A stretch of 48,691 nt of DNA from the IMG/VR virus record IMGVR_UViG_3300048924_000031, positions 1-48,691 of that record. One strand, written 5' to 3'. Below, one piece after another: positions 7,405-16,713 of this stretch; the first letter of the stretch is position 1; each line of letters opens with the position of its first letter. The stretch is from a virus. The translations under genes and the position numbers were made by a program. The notes beneath the pieces were generated by a model. That model had not been told where the DNA came from, made no database searches, and was given only the letters and a program-made list of their open reading frames with translations.

Positions 7405-7934
7405 TAATTCTCCAAGGTGAGCGGGGTGCCGTTTTCAGCAAGTAATGTCATACCCGACTCAGTTAGCAGCAATGATTCAGGCTCAACCAAAGGCCACTCG
7501 CGATTCATTGCATAATCGAATATTTCTGGATTCAAGATGAAGCTAGGCAAGATTGACCACCCATATGGAAGAATTGGCCTATCTCTTAATTCAAGTTCGG
7601 CTGTAATGCTCCACAGGTTTGGACCTACTCTAGAAGGACCAGAATAGATATCGGTGAATCGAGACGTGTAATCCTGATATCCAAGCGGAGTTTCTAGCGG
7701 GGCTTCAAACCATTGCGAGCCATCGATTAGCTCGTCTCTCCACCACGCTTCAAAAAGCTGGCACTCTTGGCTAGTAAACAGCCAACTAATCTGTGCCATT
7801 GTTGGAACGCTGGTGAAGTTTCTGCGCTGACGTGCTCGCCCGCTAGCGAGTTCTGATCGCTTAAGCGGGCTTACTGTTTTGTAGGTTCTTCCGTTGTGAA
7901 GGCCTCGCGGTAATCCTTCAGGATACAAAATCAT
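7404..7934 (-). CDS. Tail-tip associated protein (hypothetical)
   Basis: Start/stop coupled between the J-like gene and the fibre gene. Confidence 0.55.
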   Translation of the reverse strand: MILYPEGLPRGLHNGRTYKTVSPLKRSELASGRARQRRNFTSVPTMAQISWLFTSQECQLFEAWWRDELIDGSQWFEAPLETPLGYQDYTSRFTDIYSGPSRVGPNLWSITAELELRDRPILPYGWSILPSFILNPEIFDYAMNREWPLVEPESLLLTESGMTLLAENGTPLTLEN

Positions 7935-10573
7935 GGAGGGCTTCCATTATCATCTAAATAGACTGCCTCATTATACGCCATCGCCTCTACGCTAGCGGAG
8001 TCAGTGCCATTTGGAGATATGGAGGTAATAAGCACCTTGTACCCGATGCCGAATAACAAGTGGGGTGGCTCACGATCAAGCGAAGTATCAGGCGGAAAGT
8101 CCAAGCCGGAGATAGATAGATGGAAGTCATCAATGCGAGTGGCTATGTAGGGGCCAGCGCTAGAACCATCTTGGCGACGAACATAAACATAATGCGGACC
8201 AGCATCAGACCAGTCGAAAGCTTCTGACGATTCAATAACACCATTGTCATACGAGATCATATAGGCCGATTGCGCATAGCCTGGAACGTCGTCTGCAACC
8301 TGAACATAGCTCAAGTAGCGGCTATTCAAAGCATCAAGCTCAGTAGACCAGCGATACTCCCAACGTCGATACTTCATTGCACGGCGTTGGCGCATGCCGA
8401 TCTGCCAAGCCTTCGTTCGATTCGTGCAGCCGTCAGCCTTTACCTTCTGAACACGAACACCTTGATCGCCGGGAAGTCGGCACTCAACGGTTTCAACCTG
8501 CCAAGACACGCCGTCTGTGTACTCAACATCCACTCCATCGAAATCATCAGGGCGAACGGCGGTAAAGTCGCGCTCTAGTGGCTCGGTCATGTTCTGAGGC
8601 GTGTACATGCTCTCAAACGCAGTACGAGGCTCGTCACGCACCGGACGCAATAATCCACGGTCAACGGTAAGCTCAGAGAATCCGCAGTTCAGGGCATCGT
8701 TTATGACGCCTTTAGCGGTGCCGTTTGAGTTAGTCGATTGGTCGTAATGGTCGCCGCGAGCCTTCCAGATTGCATCAAGACGGTCGAGCTCTGCATAGTC
8801 AATCTCAGCATCTGTATAGCCGACAGATTTTGCGACATAAGCGAAGAACGGAGCGATATCGCGCGTAGGTTGCGCGGGCTGCCATACGCCGCCTACGCGA
8901 ACAGGAAGCTTGCGTGTGGCTTCTACCGAAATCATCGACTCAGATTGCGCAGAGAGGCGATCACCGCCGCGAGCATTCACTGCCATGATCGTCACGCCTT
9001 CATAGGAAATAGGCGATGCAAGCAATGAACGGCAGCCATACCAAACAGCCGAGTCCTGCCATTCCTGAGACACCACAGGACTTCGACGGATACGAGCCTC
9101 TGCGCGCATTGGATAAGGAAGGTCAATCTTGAACGTGTAGCCGACAGCATCAAGAGATACGTTGCTTACGGTGCGAGTCTCAACAGTCCACGCACCTGCG
9201 ATATCCATATCGCGCCACTCGAAATAGTGAGTGGCTGGTACGGTGTATCGGTCGCCATTCTTTGCGCCAAGGCCGATCAAGCCGCCAGGAAAGAAAACAT
9301 CCCACTCAATGGAGTAGGCTTTCTCGCCAGACGGACATACGGCGAACGGGCCTCGATAGCCACCCTGCAAGCTGGACTGATCCAGAACGATAGAGGATGC
9401 GGTAGTCGAGAGGAACGTAAAGCCAGAGAATCCTGTATCTGTAGAGCCTGACGACGTAAGGCGCTGGATAGTCAGCTGTGGCGTGCTGAATACAGTGATG
9501 CGGTAACGAAGGCCTACAGGGCCGATGCAGGTTACGATTGTTCCAAGTGTGAACGATGTAACGGGAGATCCGCCAACGAAGTTAAGCGTCATCTCTGGAG
9601 GCGTAGCACCAACAGCTGGCGTGTAGCTGTTGACTACATACAAGCCGCCATTGACGCCAGAGATTTCAATGTTATCGCCAACAGATGGCGCTAACATTTG
9701 CAGGTTGAAGCCTCGGATAATGTCGCGTCCAGCTCCACCATCAACGAACTCGTACTGATACGGAATGATTGCTCGGATGATAAGGCCAGAAGACCAGTCG
9801 GCAGGGAACGAACCTTGGCCGGCAGGAATATTGATATTGAATGCGTTGTACTGAATCGATGAGGCTACGAAACTTGGCGTCAAAGCATTGGCGATAGTCA
9901 GTTCAAGACCAGACGACCCGTTAGAACTAGAACCAACCTCTGTTACATCATTCCACCAGAAGTGCGCAGGATCGCCAGAAATGTTAGTGCCTGGTGGATA
10001 GACGCTATAGATAACATCCGAGCCAAGAGAGATTGCCGGAGTATCGCCAATCAGGATCTTGTCCGAAGGAATGTCATGGTCGCCAACGCCAACGCACAAC
10101 AGCATCTCCACTCGCTGCTCACGGGGGCTAGCAAAGTAGCGGCGCGGAGGCAGAAGGTAGTCCGGATAAACCTTGCGACGGCCTGCAATCTCGCGCACAG
10201 GAGAGTTGATCTTGACCTTGTTGCCCTTAATAGACGCCTCGTTAATACCTTCGCCGTTCTGGCTAGTAGCATTAACTTTCGGAATCTTTGGCGTCATCAG
10301 CTTGATGGCGACTAAGAACAGTGCTCCGAAGAACAGTTCTGTTCCTTTTGGCTCAATGACAATATCAACTGTGTCGTCTTTCGAGAAGACAGTTAGCGCC
10401 CACTCGCTAGCATCAACAACTGATCCATTAAGCGAAACGCTGATCGGGTGAACATCCATATCAGAATAGCTAGGCACGTTCTCGGCCAGCCAGTCACGCA
10501 CAGAGATACCGCCAACCGAATATTCTTCGCATGGCTCATCGTTAAGCTTTGATCCGAATACTCTAACGGTCAC
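7931..10573 (-). CDS. Central tail-tip / host-specificity protein (lambda J-like, with an I-like N-terminus)
   Basis: 880 aa, directly after the K-like and L-like genes. The N-terminal 70 aa resemble the small ubiquitin-like lambda gpI domain. Confidence 0.8.
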   Translation of the reverse strand: MTVRVFGSKLNDEPCEEYSVGGISVRDWLAENVPSYSDMDVHPISVSLNGSVVDASEWALTVFSKDDTVDIVIEPKGTELFFGALFLVAIKLMTPKIPKVNATSQNGEGINEASIKGNKVKINSPVREIAGRRKVYPDYLLPPRRYFASPREQRVEMLLCVGVGDHDIPSDKILIGDTPAISLGSDVIYSVYPPGTNISGDPAHFWWNDVTEVGSSSNGSSGLELTIANALTPSFVASSIQYNAFNINIPAGQGSFPADWSSGLIIRAIIPYQYEFVDGGAGRDIIRGFNLQMLAPSVGDNIEISGVNGGLYVVNSYTPAVGATPPEMTLNFVGGSPVTSFTLGTIVTCIGPVGLRYRITVFSTPQLTIQRLTSSGSTDTGFSGFTFLSTTASSIVLDQSSLQGGYRGPFAVCPSGEKAYSIEWDVFFPGGLIGLGAKNGDRYTVPATHYFEWRDMDIAGAWTVETRTVSNVSLDAVGYTFKIDLPYPMRAEARIRRSPVVSQEWQDSAVWYGCRSLLASPISYEGVTIMAVNARGGDRLSAQSESMISVEATRKLPVRVGGVWQPAQPTRDIAPFFAYVAKSVGYTDAEIDYAELDRLDAIWKARGDHYDQSTNSNGTAKGVINDALNCGFSELTVDRGLLRPVRDEPRTAFESMYTPQNMTEPLERDFTAVRPDDFDGVDVEYTDGVSWQVETVECRLPGDQGVRVQKVKADGCTNRTKAWQIGMRQRRAMKYRRWEYRWSTELDALNSRYLSYVQVADDVPGYAQSAYMISYDNGVIESSEAFDWSDAGPHYVYVRRQDGSSAGPYIATRIDDFHLSISGLDFPPDTSLDREPPHLLFGIGYKVLITSISPNGTDSASVEAMAYNEAVYLDDNGSPP

Positions 10574-10955
10574 GGTAATAAATCACTCTTAGGTATTGGG
10601 ATTCAAAATCGTGGACTCTCAGCAGGCGGGCACCCTTCTTTGGGTTTATCTCAAGCGCGTGCAGTCCATTTTCTAGTTCAATTATAACAGCGACATGGAT
10701 GCATAAAGGTCCACGGAATACGGCTGCTATTGCGCCGTGCTCCGGCGCGCATTCTTCCATTGAGGCCGCTTCTTGTTGATAGGCGCGAGTGAATTCTTTT
10801 GGCTGCGTGTTGCGAATTGCGCCGAATGATGGGAGTAGGCGTTTTCCGCAGTGTATGTGGCGAACTTCTCTCGCGACTCCATAACAATCGTACTTATCAG
10901 GACCGCGCGCACCGTCTTCGTATATTGCGGATAGATAATGATTGAGCCACTGCAT
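10563..10955 (-). CDS. NlpC/P60-type tail-tip protein (lambda K-like)
   Basis: DCYG...H motif (KYDCYGVAREVRHIHCG ... IHVAVI) and gene order. Confidence 0.7.
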   Translation of the reverse strand: MQWLNHYLSAIYEDGARGPDKYDCYGVAREVRHIHCGKRLLPSFGAIRNTQPKEFTRAYQQEAASMEECAPEHGAIAAVFRGPLCIHVAVIIELENGLHALEINPKKGARLLRVHDFESQYLRVIYYRDR

Positions 10956-11443
10956 TAAAGGTACTTCAGGCCAGGGGCGAACTCAGTTGTATACAGTTTC
11001 CGAGGCCATGCAAAGTTTAGAATGTCCTGAAACCCAGCCTCAATAGAAACCGTAGTACCACTTACGTTTCCGCCAAGCACGGTAGCGTAAAACTCGCGTT
11101 CTGATGGCTGTGTCAGGTCGGTATTCAGATAGCGACGGAATGTAAGGCGGATACGCTGCTCGCTCTCAATGGCAGTATCAATCAAGCGCTGAGCCTGCCC
11201 TGTCACATTATCGATTGCGAAGTTCAGCGTCTGCGCGCCTTGGTTATTCTTCTTAGGTAGAGCAATGGAAATTGGCGCTGCCATGAACGACTTAAACGTC
11301 ACGCCATCAATGCCTAGGGTCATATCCTCAAACCCTTTGACGATGTATAGCGATTCCGTCCATGCTGGACAGGCAAGCTCGATGGTGTCAATGATTACCT
11401 CCGAGCCAGCCGAAGCATATACTCGCTCTATTAGCGTACTCAT
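10955..11443 (-). CDS. Minor tail protein (DUF1833 / lambda L-like)
   Basis: Size, position immediately after the tape measure, and the motif IDTIEL...LTFRRY recalled for this family. Confidence 0.65.
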   Translation of the reverse strand: MSTLIERVYASAGSEVIIDTIELACPAWTESLYIVKGFEDMTLGIDGVTFKSFMAAPISIALPKKNNQGAQTLNFAIDNVTGQAQRLIDTAIESEQRIRLTFRRYLNTDLTQPSEREFYATVLGGNVSGTTVSIEAGFQDILNFAWPRKLYTTEFAPGLKYL

Positions 11444-14100
11444 ACACCCTGCTTCCTTGTGCCGGTAGTTTGGTTTACAGCGCGACCAGTCTTGCCGTCG
11501 CCCATCATATCGCCCACAATTGTATCAATAACCCAGCGACGATCAGCCTCGCTGAATTTTGCAGTGCTGCTTGCTTGTTGTCCTGAGTAGTTGTGAACGT
11601 TGATAATTGGGGCTGCCCCTGCGCCACCTCCAGAAGTAGCATCGTTGTTGCTGACTACATCGCCGCGACTGTTAGGCATCATGTACTGACGGCCGTTGGC
11701 AGCGTTGAAGATCTCTGGAGCGCCGGTTTCGTTCACTCGGTACATTCCGTCTGCTTGTACTGGGCCGCCAAGAGCGCGACCGCCAACCAGAGCCAGCCCT
11801 GACGCAAGAGCAGTGGTTGAAGTCAATGCGGCAGCAGCGGGAACGGAGTTGGTGCCAAACGATGCAAGTGACGCCATAGCAGCAGCAGGAGCCCATGCAG
11901 CGGCGACGATACCAGCCTCACCAACAGACGCAGCGGTCGCAGCAGCAGCCGTTGCTTGGCCGACAGATGCCATGACGATCTGCTGCTTAACCCACTCAAT
12001 GCCTGCCTGTACGAACGAACCAATAACGGCATTGAGTACGGTATTAGCGATGTTGCCGAGCGCGTCTTGCAGGCTCATGGTGCCGGAAAGTAGACCGCCT
12101 AACGCTTGAGTACCCGCCGAACCAAGAGCATCGAGACCATCTATCAGCGCCTGATTTCCTGCTGACTGAGCAGCAAACCGCTGGGTCTCAATCTCCATCA
12201 TTCGAGCGTTGTAGTCGGTCTCGGCCTGTTCCTTAAGCGCCAAGTAATCGGTATCGCTCAACAACTTCATGTCATTGACGGTTTGCAGGTCTTTCAGTTG
12301 CTGCGTATAAGCCTGAGTAGCGTTTGCAGCCGGATCAACACGCGCAAGAGTATCCTTCGCGGTCTTGGCGTCGTAGAACGCGCCAGCAATATCGCGAATC
12401 GACTGGATCTGCTCGGGCGTTGCATATTTGTTTAGGCTGAGCTGGGCCTGATCCTGAGCTACCTCCCTGGCAGACTGTCCAACTTTTGCAAGCTCAACGC
12501 CAAGCTTCTGAAATGCTTTCTGGTTTTCCTCTACGCCCTTTCGCTCTTCTGTTGCGGCTTTCTTTGCTTCTGCATTAGCTTTCTTTGCAGCCGCAGATGT
12601 TTCAGCAATTCCTTTCTTTTTGCTTGCTGTTAGCTCTTTTGTAGCAGTGTCTAGCTTGTAAATCTCTGCACCAAGAGATGCAGCTTGTGCTTTTTCTTCG
12701 GCTGTAGCTTTATCTCCAAGCTTTTGAATCGCGATCAGCTTAGCTTTTTCCTCGCCAGTCAGCTTGGCCGCATCAGCCTCTTCCTTGAGCTTATCGATAG
12801 CCTTCTGAGAGTCAGTCTTAGGCGCGTTCTTTGGCGGAGTGATTTTTAGCTTGTCGCTTTCCGCCTTCTGTTCGGCAATCTTGCGATCTTGGATAGCCTG
12901 GATTTCTTTATTAAGCCCCTCTAGCCGTGCCTTGGTTGCCGCTGCTGTAGTAGTCAGGCCAAACTTGATCTGTGTTGCATATTGCTCTTCAGCCGTTGCT
13001 CGCTCTAGAACTAGCTTATTCAGCTGTTGTTGATCTGTCAGCTGTCCAGAAGAAAGGCGAATACCATTAGCAACTGCATCAAGCGCAGCAGCAAGCGCAC
13101 GAGATGCACCTGCTGCCTGGTCAATCTTAGAGATTGCCACGCCCATAGAGTTGATGATTGCGTTGGTCGCAGCGCCTACAGATCGAGGAACTTTATCGAA
13201 TTCTTCGTTTACCTTGCCGGTTTGCTTGTAGATAGCCTCAAGCACTCGGTCAATCGTAAGCTTTCCATCAAGCATCTGCTGGCGGAGTTCGTTAAAAGGA
13301 ATACCAAGGCCGTCAGCAATCTTGCGGCCCAACTCTGGCATCTGCTCAATAATCGAGTTGAATTCTTCAGCGCGCAGAGTACCGCCCGCAACCGACTGAC
13401 TGAATTGACGCAATGCCGCGCTAATCTCTTCAGCGCTAGACCCGCCAATCTTGCCAATCTTTTGCAGGGTATCAGTCAGACTAAGGATCTGATCTTTGGT
13501 TACGCCCAGGCTCTTGAGCGATGCGGTCAGGCTTTCCCATAGCTTAATAGTGGTAGTAAGGTCAGATCCGCCAGCAGAAGAAATCTGAATAAGTGCCGCA
13601 TAGTTAGTCTTAGCATCAGCGGCGCTACCAGATAGGCGAACAACGCGAGATTCAAGCAGAGTGAACTGCTCGCTGAGCTTTTGCAGGCTGACTAGAGCCG
13701 CAACACTGACAAGGCCGGAGATGGCGGAAGCGAGCGGAGACAGCGCAAATGAGAACTTAGAAGAGCTGCTAGTGGCTTTGTCTATTTCTGAGGACGTTTG
13801 CTTTAGGTCTGTGCCGACCTTGTTGATTGCCTTGCCTGCACCACCAGCGGAGGTTTCTACAACCTTCAAAGATGAACCGGCGCCATCAATCTTCTTGCCA
13901 GCATCAGCGGCAGATGCGCCAGTTGTATTTAGTGCAGCACCAGTTCCGCCAACTGCTCTAGTGGCTCCATTGGCTGAGCCGTCAAGCTTATTAAGCGCAG
14001 TATCCAGCTTATCAAGCTGCTTATCTGCTTTCTCTGTGCCGGTAACGAGCGCAGCAGTTTCCACTTCAACTTGATAGGTTATGGTGCCTAGGTTGCTCAT
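11440..14100 (-). CDS. Tape measure protein
   Basis: 886 aa, Ala/Lys/Glu-rich helical sequence, central coiled-coil region, Gly/Ala-rich hydrophobic C-terminal third. Confidence 0.9.
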   Translation of the reverse strand: MSNLGTITYQVEVETAALVTGTEKADKQLDKLDTALNKLDGSANGATRAVGGTGAALNTTGASAADAGKKIDGAGSSLKVVETSAGGAGKAINKVGTDLKQTSSEIDKATSSSSKFSFALSPLASAISGLVSVAALVSLQKLSEQFTLLESRVVRLSGSAADAKTNYAALIQISSAGGSDLTTTIKLWESLTASLKSLGVTKDQILSLTDTLQKIGKIGGSSAEEISAALRQFSQSVAGGTLRAEEFNSIIEQMPELGRKIADGLGIPFNELRQQMLDGKLTIDRVLEAIYKQTGKVNEEFDKVPRSVGAATNAIINSMGVAISKIDQAAGASRALAAALDAVANGIRLSSGQLTDQQQLNKLVLERATAEEQYATQIKFGLTTTAAATKARLEGLNKEIQAIQDRKIAEQKAESDKLKITPPKNAPKTDSQKAIDKLKEEADAAKLTGEEKAKLIAIQKLGDKATAEEKAQAASLGAEIYKLDTATKELTASKKKGIAETSAAAKKANAEAKKAATEERKGVEENQKAFQKLGVELAKVGQSAREVAQDQAQLSLNKYATPEQIQSIRDIAGAFYDAKTAKDTLARVDPAANATQAYTQQLKDLQTVNDMKLLSDTDYLALKEQAETDYNARMMEIETQRFAAQSAGNQALIDGLDALGSAGTQALGGLLSGTMSLQDALGNIANTVLNAVIGSFVQAGIEWVKQQIVMASVGQATAAAATAASVGEAGIVAAAWAPAAAMASLASFGTNSVPAAAALTSTTALASGLALVGGRALGGPVQADGMYRVNETGAPEIFNAANGRQYMMPNSRGDVVSNNDATSGGGAGAAPIINVHNYSGQQASSTAKFSEADRRWVIDTIVGDMMGDGKTGRAVNQTTGTRKQGV

Positions 14101-14720
14101 TTGTTCACCTGATACTGACGCAATCTGTTGATTTCAGCGAGGCGCGACATAGCTTCATCGTGCTCTTCTTCTGGAGGTAATGTTTCCGGCTTGCCGAATT
14201 TTGACTGCATAGCGCCCGAGAATTCTGTCATTGTCAGGTTCCAGGCTTGCTCACTAGATAGGCCAAGATGCGCGATTGCCTGAGCGACAAAATCACGCGC
14301 CTTAAACTCTGGCACGTATTCAGTATCTGGCTTGCTCAGGAGGCGGCCTTCTGGTTTGATTCCGATAATCCCGTGCTTCATCAGGCATCGAGCCAGGTGC
14401 ACCATATCGTTAGAAGGCATGGCGCCAGGAACGAATGAACCCCAACGAGTGCCCATATGTCCAATCAGTGGTGTTAAGTCAGCGTCACAGCAAGCCACTA
14501 GCACGTCATATGCCGTAGCCATAACTTCGCGCTCCCACGCCCTGTACGAAGGCACAGGCCAGAACGGATTAATGTTTGGTGCAGAGAAAAGCAGGCTGAA
14601 TTTGTCTACGATCTCGGTCGATGAGCCGAGAGAGTCAATGGCTTTAAACGATGGCCTGAAAAGGAAGTCATGATCGCCAAGGCTAACCCCAACCTCTCCG
14701 ACAGAAGTGATAGCTCGCAT
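14097..14720 (-). CDS. Tail assembly chaperone-like protein (single 207-aa ORF)
   Basis: Immediately upstream of, and overlapping, the tape measure start. No slippery-site or second-frame pair recognised. Confidence 0.55.
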   Translation of the reverse strand: MRAITSVGEVGVSLGDHDFLFRPSFKAIDSLGSSTEIVDKFSLLFSAPNINPFWPVPSYRAWEREVMATAYDVLVACCDADLTPLIGHMGTRWGSFVPGAMPSNDMVHLARCLMKHGIIGIKPEGRLLSKPDTEYVPEFKARDFVAQAIAHLGLSSEQAWNLTMTEFSGAMQSKFGKPETLPPEEEHDEAMSRLAEINRLRQYQVNK

Positions 14721-14762
14721 TTTTCGAGTCCATAGATAATTGAATTATTTTACCACGGGGTA

Positions 14763-14790
14763 TTGACGCGCTCCGGATCGTAGCTATACT
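14763..14790 (+). promoter_or_regulatory. Sigma70-type promoter TTGACG-16-TATACT of an antisense moron
   Basis: Near-consensus hexamers read directly, 32 nt upstream of ATG 14822. Confidence 0.65.
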
Positions 14791-14821
14791 CTGCCAACAC
14801 ACACAAACTCAAGGATAAGAA

Positions 14822-15031
14822 ATGCTTACTCTGTTGCTGGTTATTGGTCTATGCTCTGACGTTGGCTGCGATTACATTGACGCCACCAAAAAATTTGCTA
14901 TGGAGTCCGACACGGACTGCTTCCAAATGGCGGAGTTCCTGAATGACAGTAACAGGGCTAGCGGAGAGCAGCCTAGATTCGCCTGCCTTGAGCCTGCAAA
15001 GTACCGTGCGCTTGCCAAGAAAGAAATTTGA
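14822..15031 (+). CDS. Moron-encoded small secreted or membrane-anchored Cys-rich protein, 69 aa
   Basis: Hydrophobic N-terminus MLTLLLVIGLCS, AAGGA RBS, own promoter and terminator. Opposite strand to all flanking tail genes. Confidence 0.7.
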   Translation: MLTLLLVIGLCSDVGCDYIDATKKFAMESDTDCFQMAEFLNDSNRASGEQPRFACLEPAKYRALAKKEI

Positions 15032-15040
15032 CTCAATAAA

Positions 15041-15061
15041 AAGCCCCCGGATAGGGGGCTT
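15041..15061. terminator. Bidirectional terminator (ends the moron and the major tail gene)
   Basis: 8-bp GC stem aagccccc/gggggctt with a 5-nt loop. The A-run upstream gives a T-run on the minus strand. Confidence 0.8.
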
Positions 15062-15077
15062 TGTGTATCTGCCTACC

Positions 15078-15806
15078 TTAGACCACGGTAACGGTCATAG
15101 TAGCGGTTTTGGTTGGATCGCTCACCGATGTAGCGGTGATGACCGAAGTACCAGCAGCCACACCAGTAACCACGCCAGCGGCAGAAACAGTTGCCTTGGC
15201 TGGAGTGCCAGAGCTGAACGTGAAGACCTGGCTTGCAGCAGCAGGAAGAGCCTTAGCGATCAAGTTGGTTACGTTGCCGACCGATACTGTTGCAGTGGTA
15301 GGCGATACGGAAACAGAAGTGATAGCGATTGGAGTAGCCGCAACGATTACGCTAGCCAGACCACCAGGGCGCGAGGTAGCGCTTGCGGTGATCGAGTAGG
15401 TTGCGATATCGTCATACGGGAACTCTTGGCTGAACTCGGTCAGGATGCAGAAGCCGGTAACAGTGTTGATCGGGCCAGTCAGACGAAGCCAAACATACGG
15501 CTGTGGATCGGTAACGAAGTGGTTGAACAGCATCTGCTGGTTAGAAGTAGTGCCGTCATCGCGCTTGGTCACGCCGTCGATAGAAACTTCGAAGGTTTTG
15601 TAGGTGATCAAGGTATCGCGGAAGCCACCTACCGAGTCATCGGCAGTAGCGTCAACGGTATCTGCGCTCATTGTCAGAGACTTGTTGCGAGCAGCACCCA
15701 GCGGCAACCACGTCAGCGTAAGCGGATCAACATCACCGCAAGCAAGCGCGAACTCTGCGAGAACGCTCTTACCTACGAATTTAGAACTTGCACAGTTAAG
15801 GGCCAT
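15078..15806 (-). CDS. Major tail protein with a C-terminal Ig-like (Big_2-type) domain
   Basis: Position. C-terminal ITSVSVSPTTATVSVGNVTNL...TATSVSDPTKTATMTVTV is typical of Big_2 domains. Confidence 0.8.
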   Translation of the reverse strand: MALNCASSKFVGKSVLAEFALACGDVDPLTLTWLPLGAARNKSLTMSADTVDATADDSVGGFRDTLITYKTFEVSIDGVTKRDDGTTSNQQMLFNHFVTDPQPYVWLRLTGPINTVTGFCILTEFSQEFPYDDIATYSITASATSRPGGLASVIVAATPIAITSVSVSPTTATVSVGNVTNLIAKALPAAASQVFTFSSGTPAKATVSAAGVVTGVAAGTSVITATSVSDPTKTATMTVTVV

Positions 15807-15871
15807 TCTCGGCGCCTCCTATAAGGTTGTTGAGTATCGCCCACAACTGAGCGTATATTTCAAGCAATAGT

Positions 15872-16258
15872 TTAACACGTCAGCTCGAAATTAATTTCTA
15901 GCCACGGACGGTTTGTCTCTGTGTAATACGGTCCCATAACAGAACCTATCGGTCTGATTTGTAGCATGCAGCTAGTTTCAAAGTTGGCTATTGCTGCGTC
16001 AAATAGTGATTCAGCGAATAGCTCGGCTACTTCTGCATCGCCCAGTGCTCGACCATTTGCGCGTCCAGTAATGATAACGCGGATATGCGGATACTGAATT
16101 TCACCGTTTGGCGAGCGGCCAGAGTCAGACCAAACAGCCACGAACTTCTTGGTCGAGTTATTCGTCTCTTCCCACATGCCGCGACTAATTGTATAGCCAG
16201 CTGTTGAGACGTAAGCCTCTAACCAGTCGCGAAATAGGTTGATTGGTGTGTGGCTCAT
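15872..16258 (-). CDS. Tail completion / terminator-like protein
   Basis: Position between the neck genes and the major tail gene; 128 aa. Confidence 0.5.
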   Translation of the reverse strand: MSHTPINLFRDWLEAYVSTAGYTISRGMWEETNNSTKKFVAVWSDSGRSPNGEIQYPHIRVIITGRANGRALGDAEVAELFAESLFDAAIANFETSCMLQIRPIGSVMGPYYTETNRPWLEINFELTC

Positions 16259-16668
16259 AGAGTCATGTTCCTTGCGATTGTTGCATCTATGTCTGCACGA
16301 GCATCTGAATCTTCAAATGCTTTACGCAAGAATCCCGGCTCAGCATCTGGATCCCATACATTGCCTCGCGACGGATCAGACTTAGAGCGAGGCGTATTCG
16401 ACCCAAGAAGCGTACCTTTCTTGTCATGCACTGCTGCTGCATATGCCGCCGTATAGCCAAGCATGGCTGACACTTTGGTTCCGGACTTAGATATTTTCCG
16501 AAACTGGCTATTGATCAAGTTGCTCGTATCGATTGGCGTCATCGTTGCTGCATATCCTCCAGCAACGATCATAACTTCGGTCAGTGCCTTCTCGGCCATT
16601 GGTCCAGAGATCTCGCCCATGAGCTTGTGCAAGGAATTACGAACCTCGCGCAACCCTTTAACCGGCAT
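16255..16668 (-). CDS. HK97 gp10-like head-tail joining protein
   Basis: Size, position and the pattern GYAATMTP...NLINS...YAAAVH...PGFLRKA recalled for the gp10 family. Confidence 0.6.
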   Translation of the reverse strand: MPVKGLREVRNSLHKLMGEISGPMAEKALTEVMIVAGGYAATMTPIDTSNLINSQFRKISKSGTKVSAMLGYTAAYAAAVHDKKGTLLGSNTPRSKSDPSRGNVWDPDAEPGFLRKAFEDSDARADIDATIARNMTL

Positions 16669-16713
16669 TTGAAAATTTCCTATGCGTTGCTGCCTTGCAG
16701 ATGACTGCCATCT

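Noticed and set aside
11696-14074. Several ORFs of 64-171 codons on both strands within the tape measure gene (for example 11696..12109, 13027..13542 and 13661..14074).
   Set aside because: They are antisense or alternate frames of a long Ala-rich gene, and their products are low-complexity.
14097-14720. An expected G/GT-type programmed frameshift in the tail chaperone gene.
   Set aside because: There is only one long ORF. I could not identify a slippery heptamer with a suitable second frame. Absence cannot be proven by eye.
14943-15824. A 293-codon plus-strand ORF opposite the major tail gene.
   Set aside because: It is a shadow ORF with a Ser/Arg/Gly-rich implausible product. It starts inside the moron ORF in another frame and has no RBS.
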